Assembly (NCBI GenBank): GCA_030390025.1
Contig: CM059431.1
Span: forward strand, 130,946,001 to 131,010,000
DNA: 64,000 nucleotides
Direction of reading: 5' to 3'
Source of the DNA: Squalus acanthias
Taxonomy: Eukaryota
The notes under the pieces are model-generated. The model was not told where the DNA came from, made no database searches, and saw only the letters and a program-made list of their open reading frames with translations. The position numbers were made by a program, and so were the translations under genes. This document shows, piece after piece, positions 39,191 to 51,800 of the stretch; position 1 is the first letter of the stretch, and each line of letters begins with the position of its first letter.

Positions 39191-40223
39191 AGGGCGATTT
39201 TCAACAGCATGTTCAAGCGCTAAAGAGTCTCTGAGGTGGCCAAGATGGGGTCTTGAGCTGAAACGGCGGCTTGGCCTGCATTTAGCGCAAGATGTCATCT
39301 TGGTAAAGGAGTTGAAGCTTGCGCTAGGAATGACCACCCGGAGGATCGTTAAGGGACTGATTGATACTTAAATTGCCTGCTAGTGCTCATTAAAGAGGCT
39401 GCATGGCATTTTGGTGGCTAGCACGTGTCCTAATGCCCTCTCCTAACAGCGACCAGCTGATTGGGAGCAAGCTAGTCATTGCTGAGGATTTTAAGCGTTA
39501 CTTAAAGATTTCACTATTCACTTGCTGCTGGAGGTTTGAAGAAGACTTTTGAAACACATCGGAAGACTTTCTGGGACACTTTGTCAAGACTTCACCAACA
39601 CTCTATCAACATTTATTCCAGAAACTCTCTGAGGACTTCACCTAAAAAGAGTAAGTGCTGTGCTACCTTATTGGACACCTTATAGGAGTCACCAGGAGAA
39701 AGGGCATGCTTGGTCATGGGCATCTTGCTAGGGGTCCCCCTTGGTCTGCAGGGGAATGGGAGGAGAACATGAGGCCAGGCAGAGCAGCACCAGCTGTTGC
39801 TGGAGAGAGAAGCAGGAGGGCGAGGTGGACTCCTTCCCCCCTGCGGGTACAGGACATCCCTCTTCCTCTGGACCTCCTCCACCAGGACCTCCAGTGCCGC
39901 ATCCAAGAACCTGCGCGCCCTCTCACTCGGTCACTGAGTGATCCTGAAATGAGCCGCTGTGTGTGTCAGCCAGCGCACTCCACACCTTCATGGAAGAGGG
40001 TGAGGGGAGCTCACATGTACTGCTCCACAAAAATTGCATCTAATCAGCGCTTGTGTGCTGAGCTTGCAGGTGTCTGATTTAGCGCCTCCAGGCAAGTTCA
40101 AATTGTGGTAATCAGCAATTAGGACCAAAATTGCGTGCTGAGACCAGACCTTCAAACAGGCGTGTCTTATTAGCACAGCACCTATTTAGCGCCTGTTTTC
40201 ACCCTTTCATCAAATTAATCCCC
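39191..40223 (-). mobile_element. Non-autonomous Harbinger with Myb exon remnant
   Basis: ATT TSD (39188-39190, 40224-40226); RARRFLDAALEVLVEEVQRKRDVLYP. Confidence 0.75.
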
Positions 40224-40254
40224 ATTACTGTTTCCTCACTGAGGCTGTGAGGTT

Positions 40255-40885
40255 GGGGGATTTTTTTCTAACTGCTGCTCTGTTTTTCAGCATGAGTGGG
40301 GCAGTAGCAAGGCAAATATTGAAATAAGAACTTCCCGTCGAGTTTGCAACTGAAGTCAACCAGCGGGGCTTGATCTAGTTGGCCTGTCTTCCCTGGGCGG
40401 CAGCCTCATATTTAAATCGGTGCTCTCGGATATATGTAATTTTGGGCTTCCACTGGGCAAAGCACGCGCTGTACAAGCCCCGAACGTAGAGCGGCTAAAT
40501 CAGCAGCCCTTAAAGGGCCGCTGGAAGCTGCTTGGAAAATATGAGGGTAAGGATATATTTTTCTCATTTTTGTTGGGCCAAGAAGAGTATGAATGCTCCT
40601 CCTAGCCCCACATAAATTGTCCCAGCCACTGACAGTCCTTCCGCAACCCCCCACCTCTATCGACTGCCCCCTACTGTAAGGTCTCCATGCCAGCTCGACT
40701 CCATGGAGGAGCTGCCAGATCTGCTGCCCCTCCCAATCGGGGAGCTGCCTGTAGGCACTCGATTAGTGCTTGCAACTCGCCGATTTTATTTAAACGGGGC
40801 CCAATCACCAAAACCGATTGGGCTGCCAGTGCAATAGCTTCAGCCATTTCCTACGCGATAAACACTCAAAATGAAAATCACTCCC
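40255..40885. mobile_element. Harbinger-like MITE
   Basis: gggggatttt / aaaatcactccc ends around a GC-rich island. Confidence 0.5.
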
Positions 40886-41002
40886 AATATTAAAGTATAT
40901 GTGCATTTGGTGGTATTGACAGATTTTAAAAGACTCAAAAACCTAAAAATACATAAGTAAGATCTAGGAATATGAGGCGCAAATCCAAACCGGTCAAAAT
41001 TA

Positions 41003-41323
41003 GAAATAAAAGCAGAGAACGCTGGAAACACTCAGCAGGTTAGGCAGCATCTGTGCAGAGCGAAACTATGTTAACATATCAGGTCGATGACCTTTCATCA
41101 GGACTGGAAGATGTTAGAGATAAACAGCTTTTAAGCAAGTGCAGAGGTAGGGAAAAGGGAGGGGGCAGTGAAAGAACAATAAGAAAATGTCTGTGATAGG
41201 ATGGAGGGCAGGAGTAATTAAATGATGAAATTGATGAAGGTGCAAGGCAAAAGGAGGTGATAAAGGGACAAGTATAGAAGCAAAAGATGGGTCCAGGGGA
41301 GGTGTTAATGGCTACAGCGGAAT
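41003..41323 (-). mobile_element. Penelope terminal fragment
   Basis: Colinear with 26270-26582. Confidence 0.85.
41069..41107 (-). ncRNA. Minimal hammerhead ribozyme motif (degenerate)
   Basis: agtc-CTGATGA-a-aggtc-atc-gacct-GATA-tgtt-aac; CUGAUGA intact, GAAA mutated to GAUA. Confidence 0.65.
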
Positions 41324-41399
41324 AGCAGAGGCGGAGGGAACCATGGAAAATCTGGAAAGGGGATAGGGTTGCTGTGGCCCGGGAATGTGGTGGAAGATA

Positions 41400-43860
41400 G
41401 GTCAAAAGTAGGTTGATTCAGATTTATTCAGAAATGTTAACATTTATCCCAATTCCGATTTAGCTACATGTCAAATGGATGAAATAATACTTGAACAAAG
41501 AGTCAATTTTTATTTTGCCAAAAGTTTGTATGGTGGGTGTCTATGATTAAATCATTGTTGGTTTGGTGGCTTCTGTCAAGGGTACAATGAGGTCAACGTT
41601 ACTTGGCAAAAGTCACAATCCTTTTATGGATGTTTAGGGTTGTTGAGGCTGTTTATTTTGGCAGTCTAATGGTGGCTATACTTCCTACTCCTTTCAGTCT
41701 GCATCCCGGGTCCTTTGGATCTACTCTGCATGCCATTGAACATCTATAAATTCAAACTTCGGATTTGCATGATAAGAATTTGGGATACTCCAAATTGAAC
41801 TTCAAAATTCCTTTGAATATCCTTTGCAGTTAAAATTCCAAGGCATGAGGAGGTCTTATCCCAGATATTGCGATGTTCTCTTCACTGTGTGCTCTCTTGC
41901 TCGATAGAAGTGAAGACTGGAGAATCAGGCACAGAGTCAGCACATCCATCGAGAAATAATCTGTGTTGGAAGCACATCTTGCATTTTTAGGGCTATAAGG
42001 CTAAACTATTCATATAATTGGGATACTTCTGCTGTGGGATCTTTGTAAGCTGAATTTTGAATGAATTTCATTTTATAACCATCTTCAGTCATTGGGGGAG
42101 AAATTCGGTCTCGCCCCGTTTGGGGCGCACTTATCGACCGGGCGCAAAGTTTAGCGCCTGGCGCTAATTATCACCTCCGACTGCAGACTTGGCTTCTATT
42201 GCCCCTGGAGGTGATTGGAGCGCTAAATCAGGCACTACACACCTCTCTTAAGGCGCTAACGTCGAGGAGTGAGGCGCTACCTCAGATCGCTGGTGAAGCT
42301 CATGTGATGTCAGTCAGCAATGGAACACAGACACACTGGCGCCGGCCACTTCTTAAAGGGAAGGGTTGATCTTGCTCTCCATCCACACCCTGCTCATTGC
42401 AGCCTTGAACCTCGGCTTGGAGAGACCTGTACATCAAATCTGCTGGAAAGAACAATGGAGAGGCCCAGGGAAAGAGCTCAGAGTGCAGCCCCCAAGTCTC
42501 TTCTAAATCGATGCAAGGAAGGTCAAATCAAAATGAACCTGCAAAGTGCTGCTCAGTACCCAAAACTCCTTCACACAGCGTTGAATCTCTCCAGAAGTCT
42601 CTGTCTCTCTCTCAGAATGCGTGGTGCAAAAATGTCACCGACAAAAAAAGGCAGGAAGCGGTCGACTTTAAATAGCGCTCCCCTAGTCCCTTCCCGACTG
42701 CAAAACGCTCCCCTCAACCTGTCGTTGCTAATGGCAGGCGGTAAGGCAGGGGGCGCCACTCAATATCCGGTCTGGGGCGCTACCGGGGCATTGCACGCTC
42801 AACTGACGTCACGATCTGCGGGCGCAGGAGATCGTGGCGGTAGTGTTTAGCGCCACCGCAAAATGTCTGGTCAATTTCACAAGCTGTGCAAACATCGCCG
42901 CGCCCGGGGGCTAGTTGCTTTGCAATCCATTAGCGCCCTCTTAGGGCGCTAACAGGAGGCGCAAAGCAACCGAATTTTTCCTCCTATTGGATTTTGGTTA
43001 TATCCTTAAGAAAGCAGGAAATGTGAAAAGGTAATTTGGGATAACAAGCCTGCTTTTTACCAGATCATGAGTAATCTACCTTATTATGGACTCTGTCACA
43101 TCAATTTCATCTCTAGAAGGAAAGTTTTCCATAAATACTCTGGGCTACAGAGGTAACCATGCAAAACTCTAGAATATCTATGGATCCCCCACATCTCCAC
43201 TATTCAATGTTAGACATCCTGGAGAGATGTATGCTGGGCATCTTGGGGAGTTAAAAGTTTCACAGTCGATTTTCTTTGTTAAACAGGTTTTCCTGGCAGT
43301 GTCGTAAAAGGAATGCATTGTCAGGCTTTCCGATATAAGCAAGATGACATTGAAGTGAGAAGGCATTGCTTGTTTTCTGAAATGTAAAATGCTTGAGTAA
43401 GGGAATAAGTGTTAGCAATGACATCACCCATGAATGGTTAATGTTTAGTTTTAGGGTAATAAACATGGGAAGTAGGTATCCATTAGATACAGATAACAAT
43501 TGGTCAAAGATGCAAGAAAATGTTACATCAGGAAGTCTCGTATTGGGGAAATAGTTCTGAGGTTAACAATTGCAAACTTTTCATAGATAGTCTGTTTTCA
43601 GAGGATTTGGGAAATAGATATGTCATTTTGACATTTTCCTTTGATGTAGTCAAAATATGGTGTATAAAGGAGCATGGTTTTCAGCAGTTTGTCAGAGTGT
43701 ACTTGAAAGGTACAGAAACTGAATATCCACTCTCTGTATACAGTTAAGACTGATCACCTTTACTGTGTATCAATAAAGTCTGTTCTGTATACTCCACTAT
43801 GAAGTCTCGTGCTTACTCGAAACTTGTTGTTGTGAACCAGAGGAGAAAGGAGGTTGCTTA
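41400..43860 (-). pseudogene. Possible endogenous negative-strand RNA virus L-gene fragment (connector/cap-methyltransferase region), split by a MITE
   Basis: Long stop-poor frames; K, GxGxGG-like, KSR.V..P..D and K(x)20F(x)18Y spacing resemble the recalled VSV L methyltransferase. Needs several frameshifts. Confidence 0.35.
42094..42985. mobile_element. Harbinger-type MITE
   Basis: TIRs gggggagaaattcggt / accgaatttttcctcc; att on both flanks; CpG-rich. Confidence 0.9.
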
Positions 43861-45064
43861 ACATTCAACCATTGCTATTTTTGTTTTTGTTCTTTTCAGT
43901 TTCTTGGTCTCAGCAGCATAGCAGCCATTGTGTTCTATGGAGTGCTTAATATCTCTGCCTTTACTTATTCCTATAACCAGCAAACCCAGTACTAATCAGA
44001 CATTTAACAGGGAGTTTTTGAACAAAACAATTGACACAACTGCCCTTTCAAAGAGCCAGCACAGGCACGATGGCCTCCTTCTGTGCTGCAAGTTTCTATG
44101 AACCTTCTATTCTATCATTAATTGGTTTTGTTGGGAGTCAGTTCCACTGTTTGGTGAGAAAAGAATCTTCTAATCCTCAACTCTTGCTTGAGGCATGTCA
44201 ATGTGTTAATTTTCAACTTGTGCCTTCTAGTGCTACACTAACAGTAGAATTAAATTGTCTGCTGTACCTACATTTTCGATCCACCCAGAATTTTAGAGAC
44301 CCAGATCATACACCCCCTTCTCTATCTTCTTTTTTCCAATGACAAAACTTTCAGCTCAATTTGGCTTTCATAAATAGCACCCTATTGCCTGCAGATTTGG
44401 CTCTTCACATGTTAGTATCCGAATGGTTAAGGTGTTTATATGAAATTCCTTTCCCTGAATAAAGGCATTAATCTGTTTAAAATAGATAGGTTGACATCAT
44501 CCTGAAATTCTGCTTCTTTGATAATCTAATTTACAGCATGCTTTATTTTGGGATATATTGAAAAGAAAGGTGAAGTCCCTTTAAAAAAAGTTAAATTCTT
44601 TCTTCCTAAAAGTAAGGAAGAAGGACGTCATTATACAATATCTTTTGGATTTAGCTAACACATGTGTAGGATTATTACTTCAAGAGGATATTCCTTTTCT
44701 GTTATGGACTGTGCAAGCTCAAATGGTGTTCCTTGAGTAAGAACAGATGCACAACAGGCTGAGCACAGTCTTGATTCACAGCACAAAATCTTTCTTTTAT
44801 GGTTTCATATATACAAGAAGAATCATATAAACAAAAAGTATAATTAGATTGCACTCATTCATAAACATAATTCTCACAGAATAAACAAGGTGCTGAAAGT
44901 CACAATTACGATCTAAGACAGAATTATTTTTCCAACTAAAGAAATATTAATACAAGAACTCATGATAATGATACATGTATAGTGAAGTGCTGTAATTTTT
45001 AGCATTTAGATTCCCCATGAGACAAAGACCAACATGCTAAAACCAAAACAAATGTTGAACTTAC

Positions 45065-45832
45065 TGGACAAAATTTCAATTTGGAAAAATGCCACAAGCA
45101 CTGTTTGGGTCAGCACAAATGGAAGTGTTGCTCGAGGTTTTTTTAAAGACTTTCACTCAGTGTTGAGCACCAGAGAACTAGAGTTGATGGCCGGTGCAAA
45201 CTGAGTGCAGGGGGCAATCCCTGAGGCACACCTGATACTGGTCCTTGGGTCTCATTTATGGAAGACGGGCGAGCTGCAGATACCCGCTGAGCATTCCCTG
45301 GCAGCTCACCGGTGAAGAGGATTTCAATTTCAGAATGCTGCACCAGCGGCAGCGGACGTCAGGTAGGTCCTAAGAGAGCGGGTGAAGCAATCGTGGGCGG
45401 GGTGGTGGTTGGGAGAGGGGAGTAAGCGATTGGGAGGGGAACGACCGGGCTGGAGGGGGGAAGCAATCGGGAGGGAGGGATAGGGCATTGCGGAGGTCTT
45501 CGGCTCCACAATCAGGTAAGTGTTTTTTTTTAAATGTACCTTTTTGGTGGCAGCCTCCAGCGGACCCTTTAAGAACCACTGGTTAGGCTGCATGTAGACT
45601 AATTTTCATAGAAGGCACCAAACAGACTTTATATCCTCTATTTGCATATGTAAAGAGACTAACTCCTGTTTCAGGTATGTGCCCTGGGTACGTCGTTTTC
45701 TGCCTTTACGAATATAGTAGATGGCACACCTATGGCGTGAAAGGAGTGCCCATGCCCTGCCCGCCATATTGGATGTTTAGGCACCCATTTTATGCCTGAA
45801 AAATGGGCATGGCATAATTGAATTTCTAGGCC
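45065..45832. mobile_element. Harbinger-like MITE
   Basis: ggacaaaattt / gaatttctaggcc ends around a GC-rich interior. Confidence 0.5.
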
Positions 45833-48664
45833 TATGCATCAAATGGAAGTGTTGTAGCTACTTTGAAGTCTTCCATTCAGTAAGAGCACTAGGGAACTAG
45901 CGTTGATCAATCAAATGGAAGCGCAGAAGGATGGTGACATCAGCTTCTTACCAAATAATGTGACCTCTTTGTAGGCTAGTAATGCATTAAACATAAAGGC
46001 AGCTGAGATCTTTCATTGTGTCTCTGGGAGGAGCTATTTAACATTTTCAGCATGTGTGGCTCTCTCTTTTCCTTTACCATCATTTATAGTATTTGGTGCA
46101 GTCCAGCAGCATATGTCCACAGTAACTGCCAACGAGCAACAAACCAGATCCTCATTAATGATGATTGAATCTACCATGTTATGAATAAAAATTAACTAAT
46201 TTAGTGAATGATGATAAAGACTTGCTCACCCATATCCAAATTTTATTTTAACAAGGTTATGTGCATTTCTCATAAAATGTATTGAATGAACAGTAAAACT
46301 GATGTTTCTGCCATAAGTTTAATAGAGCAAAATTACCTCTGACAAGTAGCTCTCTGTAACAGGGTGCAGCTCGTAATCACATTATTCTGTCTGTCTTGTG
46401 TTAGTGCCAAATTGAGTCCAAACAGAAATTTATTGAGCACGTATCCTGATGCAAGGCAGATATTGCTTCACTGGACTGAATACTGGAATTTGTTTTTCTT
46501 CTGCCTGTGAATGATGATGGCATTAAAAGGCTTCACATTTGTAAATTATTCACCCACTAATGGACACATGGATGTGTACTGTCTTACCAAATTGAGGAAT
46601 GGTTGGTTGATGATTGATGGGTGAGATCAAAGGTTCTATCCATCAATCATTCAGCTTCTTCTTAAACTAGTATAATATTACTCAGGCATCTGATGTTCAT
46701 AAATAAGACTGAAATCCCACAATCCTTCCACATCTGATGTAATAGCTGAGTTGAAAGGGAAGTAATATACCTTCTGCTGATAAAATTCCTCTGATAAATT
46801 TAATCCTGATCCCGTTTAAAAGCCTCTACAAACTTCATTCTAGTTGTCTTTTCATCGGCAATATGGAATCTGAGTTTACAGATGTCCCACAATCCCAATC
46901 CGGGTTAGGAGGTAAAGGAATTATGGAATCTAGGGTCCTGAGTGAGAAAGATTGGGGAAACAGCCTGAGAAACTGGGATCACTGAACCAAAATAAGGGTC
47001 TTAGGCAGTTGATGATCCAGGCCTCTTACAGTGCTACTTCTGAGCCAACCTTAGAAGATCTACTGCAGCAATCGGGTGACCTGTTCACCAATTTTCACTT
47101 GCTACGGGTAAGTGCTACCTTCTCCGATAACACAGCCATGTGAGAACTTGTTATGAGGGGAACCATTGTATGGCAAAGCATATTGGAGCACCGACAAAGA
47201 CTTAGATTTTTTTTTAATGGGATTAGGGTGAAATGTAACATGAATTTCAACCGAGTTGCAATTAATGCAATTCTGGATTCTTTTCTGACATAACAGCAAC
47301 TACAAGCAACATCTGAGCAGAATTCCAGACCAAATTGGGAATAGTCATGTGGGCAAATACTGAAGAGACCCTTAATCTTATCACTCCTTGCAGTTGTGCC
47401 ATCCGATATTTCCATTTTTTTTGTGTTGAGAAAGTAGTTGATGTCTTATTGGCCAAAATATATTTTACCCCTATTTCCCATATTCGACCATGCTGTCAGA
47501 AGAATTCACGAGATATCAAGCAGGTGCCAGGCTGTTCCCCACAGGAAGGGAAAGTTTGTAAATTAATCCATAATTGGCTCATTTTGGTGACTGGAATTCT
47601 GTTCAAATCTTGCTCATAGTCACTACTATTCCAGAAAATCCAAAGGCATATTAATAGTGAAAGTGTTGTCAGAGGAGCAGTGGGGCCAATTACGGACCAA
47701 AATGGAGATTTATTGGTAGGGGCATAAGTCATGCCTGAGGTACTAAATCAATACTTTGCATCAGTGTTAACCAAGGAAGAGGACTTTGCCAAAGTTACGG
47801 TAAATGAGGAGGATGTCGGGATACTGGATGAGATAAAAATAGATAAAGAGGAGGTACTAGAAAGTCTGGCAGTACTTAAAGTGGATAAGTCACCCGGTCC
47901 GGATGGGATGCATCCTAGGTTGTTGAGGGAAATAAGGATAGAAATTGCGAAGGTACTGGCCACAATCTTCCAATCCTTCTTGGCGGTAGGTGCCAGAGGA
48001 CTGGAGGACTGCAAATCTTACACCCTTGTTCAAAAAAGGGGAGAATGATAAACCTGGCAATTACAGGCCAGCCAGTTTAACAACGTGCTGGTGAGGAAGC
48101 TTTAAGAAAAAATAATCCAGGAGAAAATTAACAGCCACTTGGGCAAGCATGGACTAATAAAGGAGAGCCAGCACAGATTTGTTGGACAAATCGTGTTTGA
48201 CTAATTTGATTGAGTTTTTTGATGAGGTAACAGAGAGGATGGATGAGGGCAGTGCAGCTGATGTTGTGTATATGAACTTTCAAAAGGCGTTTGATAAAGT
48301 ACACATATTAGGCTTATTAGCAAAATTGAAGCCCATGGGATAAAAGAGGCGGTAGCAGCATGGATACAAAATTGGTAATAAACAGAGAGTTGTGGTGAAT
48401 GGCCGTTTTTCAGACTGGAGGGAGGTTGTTGTTTCGTATGATGGGAAAAACTTATAATCGGATGTCTAGTTTGGCTATCCAGTCAATGGCCTCCTGAGAT
48501 GCCGAGTGGAGGGAAGTATATAGTGGTTCTCCCCAGGGTTCTGTACCAGGACCACTTTTGAAGCATTTAGATGAGCACTTGAAACGCCATAACATACAAG
48601 GCTACGGACCAAGTGCTGGAAAATGGGATTAGAATAGATAGGGCTTGATGGCCGGCATGGACAC

Positions 48665-48847
48665 TGTCGTAAGAATGAGCCTTACGCGTGGTAAACTTAA
48701 TGTAAGCTTTAATCAACTTAAAACGGTGCTGCATACAAAAGAGGTCTTACCCTATGCCTCTTCCAGATCTGACTGATCAGTCCAGTATTTATCCTGGACT
48801 GATTACAGGAAGTGATGTAATACAGGAAGCTGAAAAGTGTTACCACA
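48665..48847 (-). repeat. 3' LTR of Gypsy B
   Basis: Base-for-base identical to 52902-53084. Confidence 0.97.
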
Positions 48848-48865
48848 TTCTCCCCCCCCAAAAGA

Positions 48866-51800
48866 TTAGGAGGCCGGGATGCTCCCTCCATTTCGTAGCC
48901 GTTGGATGAGGGAGAGCCGCACCCGTTTGGGTTCTCGTAGCGGTAGAGGGCCCCTAGCCCGTTTACCCGCTGCAGGCCATGGACCAGAGTCCGAGTGCTC
49001 CAGCCCGCTCTGTGAGGGGTCAGAACGATCCTGACTGTGTACTGGTACCCGAATGGGTGTCGGGCAGGGCTGTGGCAGATCCGTTTCTGAGCGTACGGTA
49101 CAGGGTTGATCGTGGCTGCGCGTGCGAGCCCCGACGGGCTCATAGTCAGTCTGCCCCAGGTCGGCACGCTGGAGTGAGGTACCAGCCGGCGTCAGATCCC
49201 GATCATGATGAGAGGCACCTGGCAAGCCCAGAGATGTGCCTGGTACAATATCATCCCCTGGTGTCCCTCTATGTTTCGGCGGGCAGGGAGCCAGATCCCG
49301 CAATGACACGGTAGATTCCCGACCGTCAGGATACCGAATATAGGCGTAGGTAGGGTTGACGTCAGTGAGCTCAACCTCATCTACCAGGGGGTCATTCTTA
49401 GACGCCCGGACATATCTTCGGAGTAGCACTGGTCCCGGTGCAGTCAGCCACGACGGGAGAGATGTCCCATAGGATGAGCGACGCTGAAATCGGAAGAACC
49501 GTTCATGAGGCGTCGTATTTGTGGCGGTCGAAAGGAGGGACCGTGTGGAGTGTAATGCGTCTGGAAGTACTGCTTCCCAATGCTGGTTGGGTAGGCCCCG
49601 AGATCTCAAAGCCAGACGTACCGCATTCCAGATGATAGCGTTAAAACGCTCGACTTGCCCATTCCCAACCGGATGATAAGGCGTCGTTTTGCTGGCAGCA
49701 ATACCCCGTTCCGAGAGATAGGCCTTGAGTTCTCCCGACATAAAAGAAGGGCCCCGATCTGAATGAACATAGGATGCCATGCCACAGAAAGCAAATACCT
49801 GTTCAAGGCAGCTGATAACCGTGGTTGTCAGCATATTGGGGCAGGGAAAGGCAAACGGAAAACGAGAATACTCATCAACCATTGTTAATAGATAAGTGTT
49901 GCGAGTCGAAGAGGGCAACGGCCCCTTAAAATCGATGCTAAGCCTTTGCATTGGCTGGGTCGCATGTATGAGTATACCACCCGAGGGGCGGAAAAACCGA
50001 GGTTTCAATTCCGCACAGACTCTGCAGTCCGAGCACATCTTCTTTACATCCCCGGTAGAGAATGGGAGATTTCGGGACCGCACGAAGTGCAGCATGCGAG
50101 TAACGCCTGGATGACACAACCCATCATGGATGTCTACGAGCGTAGAGGGTGCCATGGCGGAGCAGAATGCTCGTGTGAGGGTATCCGGAGCCACATTCTC
50201 CTTGCCAGGTCGATAGTGGATGGTGTAACCAAAAGAGGCCAATTCCAGCCGCCAAAGCTGGATTTTATTATTTTTAATTTTGGTCCGTTTTCGATTATCG
50301 AGCATGAAGGCGACCGATCGCTGGTCCGTGATTAAGGTAAAGTGCTGGCGAGCCAGGAGATGACTCCACTTCCGTACTGCCTCTATGATGGCTGTAGCTT
50401 CTTTCTCGACTGGAGGATAATGTAGCTCAGCCCCTTGAAAAGTCCTGGACAAAAATGCCACCGGACGACCTTCCTGATTCAGAGTGGCTGAGATTGCCAC
50501 CTCCGAGGCATCACACTCAACCACGAAAGGAAGACTCTCATCGATGGAGTGAAGAGCCGCTTTCTCCAACTGCTTTTTCAGGAGGTTAAAGGCTGCAACA
50601 GCCGTTGTGTCTAGTGGGAATATGCTGGCCTTCAGTAGAGGTTGGATTCGGTCCGAGAAGTTAGGAATCCATTTCGCATAGTATGCAAACAGGCCGAGGG
50701 CCCGGCGCAAGGAGGCCGGATTCTTAGGTGGCGGGAGTTCTTGGAGTGGGCGAAGCCTTTCAGGGTCAGGTTTAATGATGCCATTGCCCACACAATAGCC
50801 AAGGATGTTGATAGTTGGTTGTGACTCAATGGATTTAGCCGCATTCAATGTCAAATTACGGTGCTGGAGTGCATCCCAAAATCGTTGGAGATTGGCGTCA
50901 TGTTCCTGCTGATTGCGACCTGCGACAGTAATATTGTCCAGATAAGGAAACGTATCCTTCAAGTCTTCCTGTTTGACCAGGTCATCCATTGCTCGCTGGA
51001 AGACAGCCACTCCATTAGTGACCCCAAAGGGGAGGCGACGAAATTGATACAGCCGCCCATTGGCTTCAAAGGCTGTATACTGCTTGTCTGAGACCTTCAA
51101 GGGTACCTGATGATAGGCGCTTTTCAGATCATAAGTCGAGAACACCGTGTACTCAGCCAATTTATTAACCATATCATCGATGCGCGGCAATGGGTATGCG
51201 TCCAAGTCCGTATACTGATTGATGGTCTGTGAATAGTCAATGCACAGCCGTTTCTTGTGAGGTTGTAGAGGGTTCTTAACAATAACGACCTGGGCGCGCC
51301 ATGGCGACGAACAAGGCTCGATGATATCCTCTGCTAAAAGCCGAGAAATCTCAGCCGCAATAAAAGACTGGTCTTCCTGACTGAAACGGCGTGACTTTGT
51401 TATAATCGGTTTGCATCGAGGAGGGATACTGGCAAACAGTGAGGGTTCATCCAGTGAAGCTGCTGACAAGGCACAGAACGGTAATCGAGGTCGTATATTA
51501 GAAATAGTGAGTTCAGGTTTGGATCCGCCGAACTCAATGGTAAGCTTCTTATGCTGCTTTTGAAAATCCAGCCCTAAGATAAGATCACTACATAAGTCCT
51601 TGAGCACCGAAAGCCGGGTGGAGGGATACCTGTGACCTTTAAGCATTATTTCAACTACACAGAAGCCAGAAATTCTGGTATTAAGTGATGACTGAGCCAT
51701 CGCAACTGCCTGGTCCGATGGAAAAACATGTAGCTTTAACTGTGCAACAGTCTGTTCCCTAATGAAACTATCAGTGCTACCTGAGTCAATTAAGGCATCT

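Noticed and set aside
42320..42850. 176-aa ORF shared by both MITE copies
   Set aside because: No domain is recognisable, it is broken in the 24 kb copy, and GC-rich sequence gives spurious ORFs.
43170..43200. WGHP-like motif of the L-protein N-terminal region
   Set aside because: It needs an invented base; the same bases fit the GxGxGG methyltransferase reading together with more flanking motifs.
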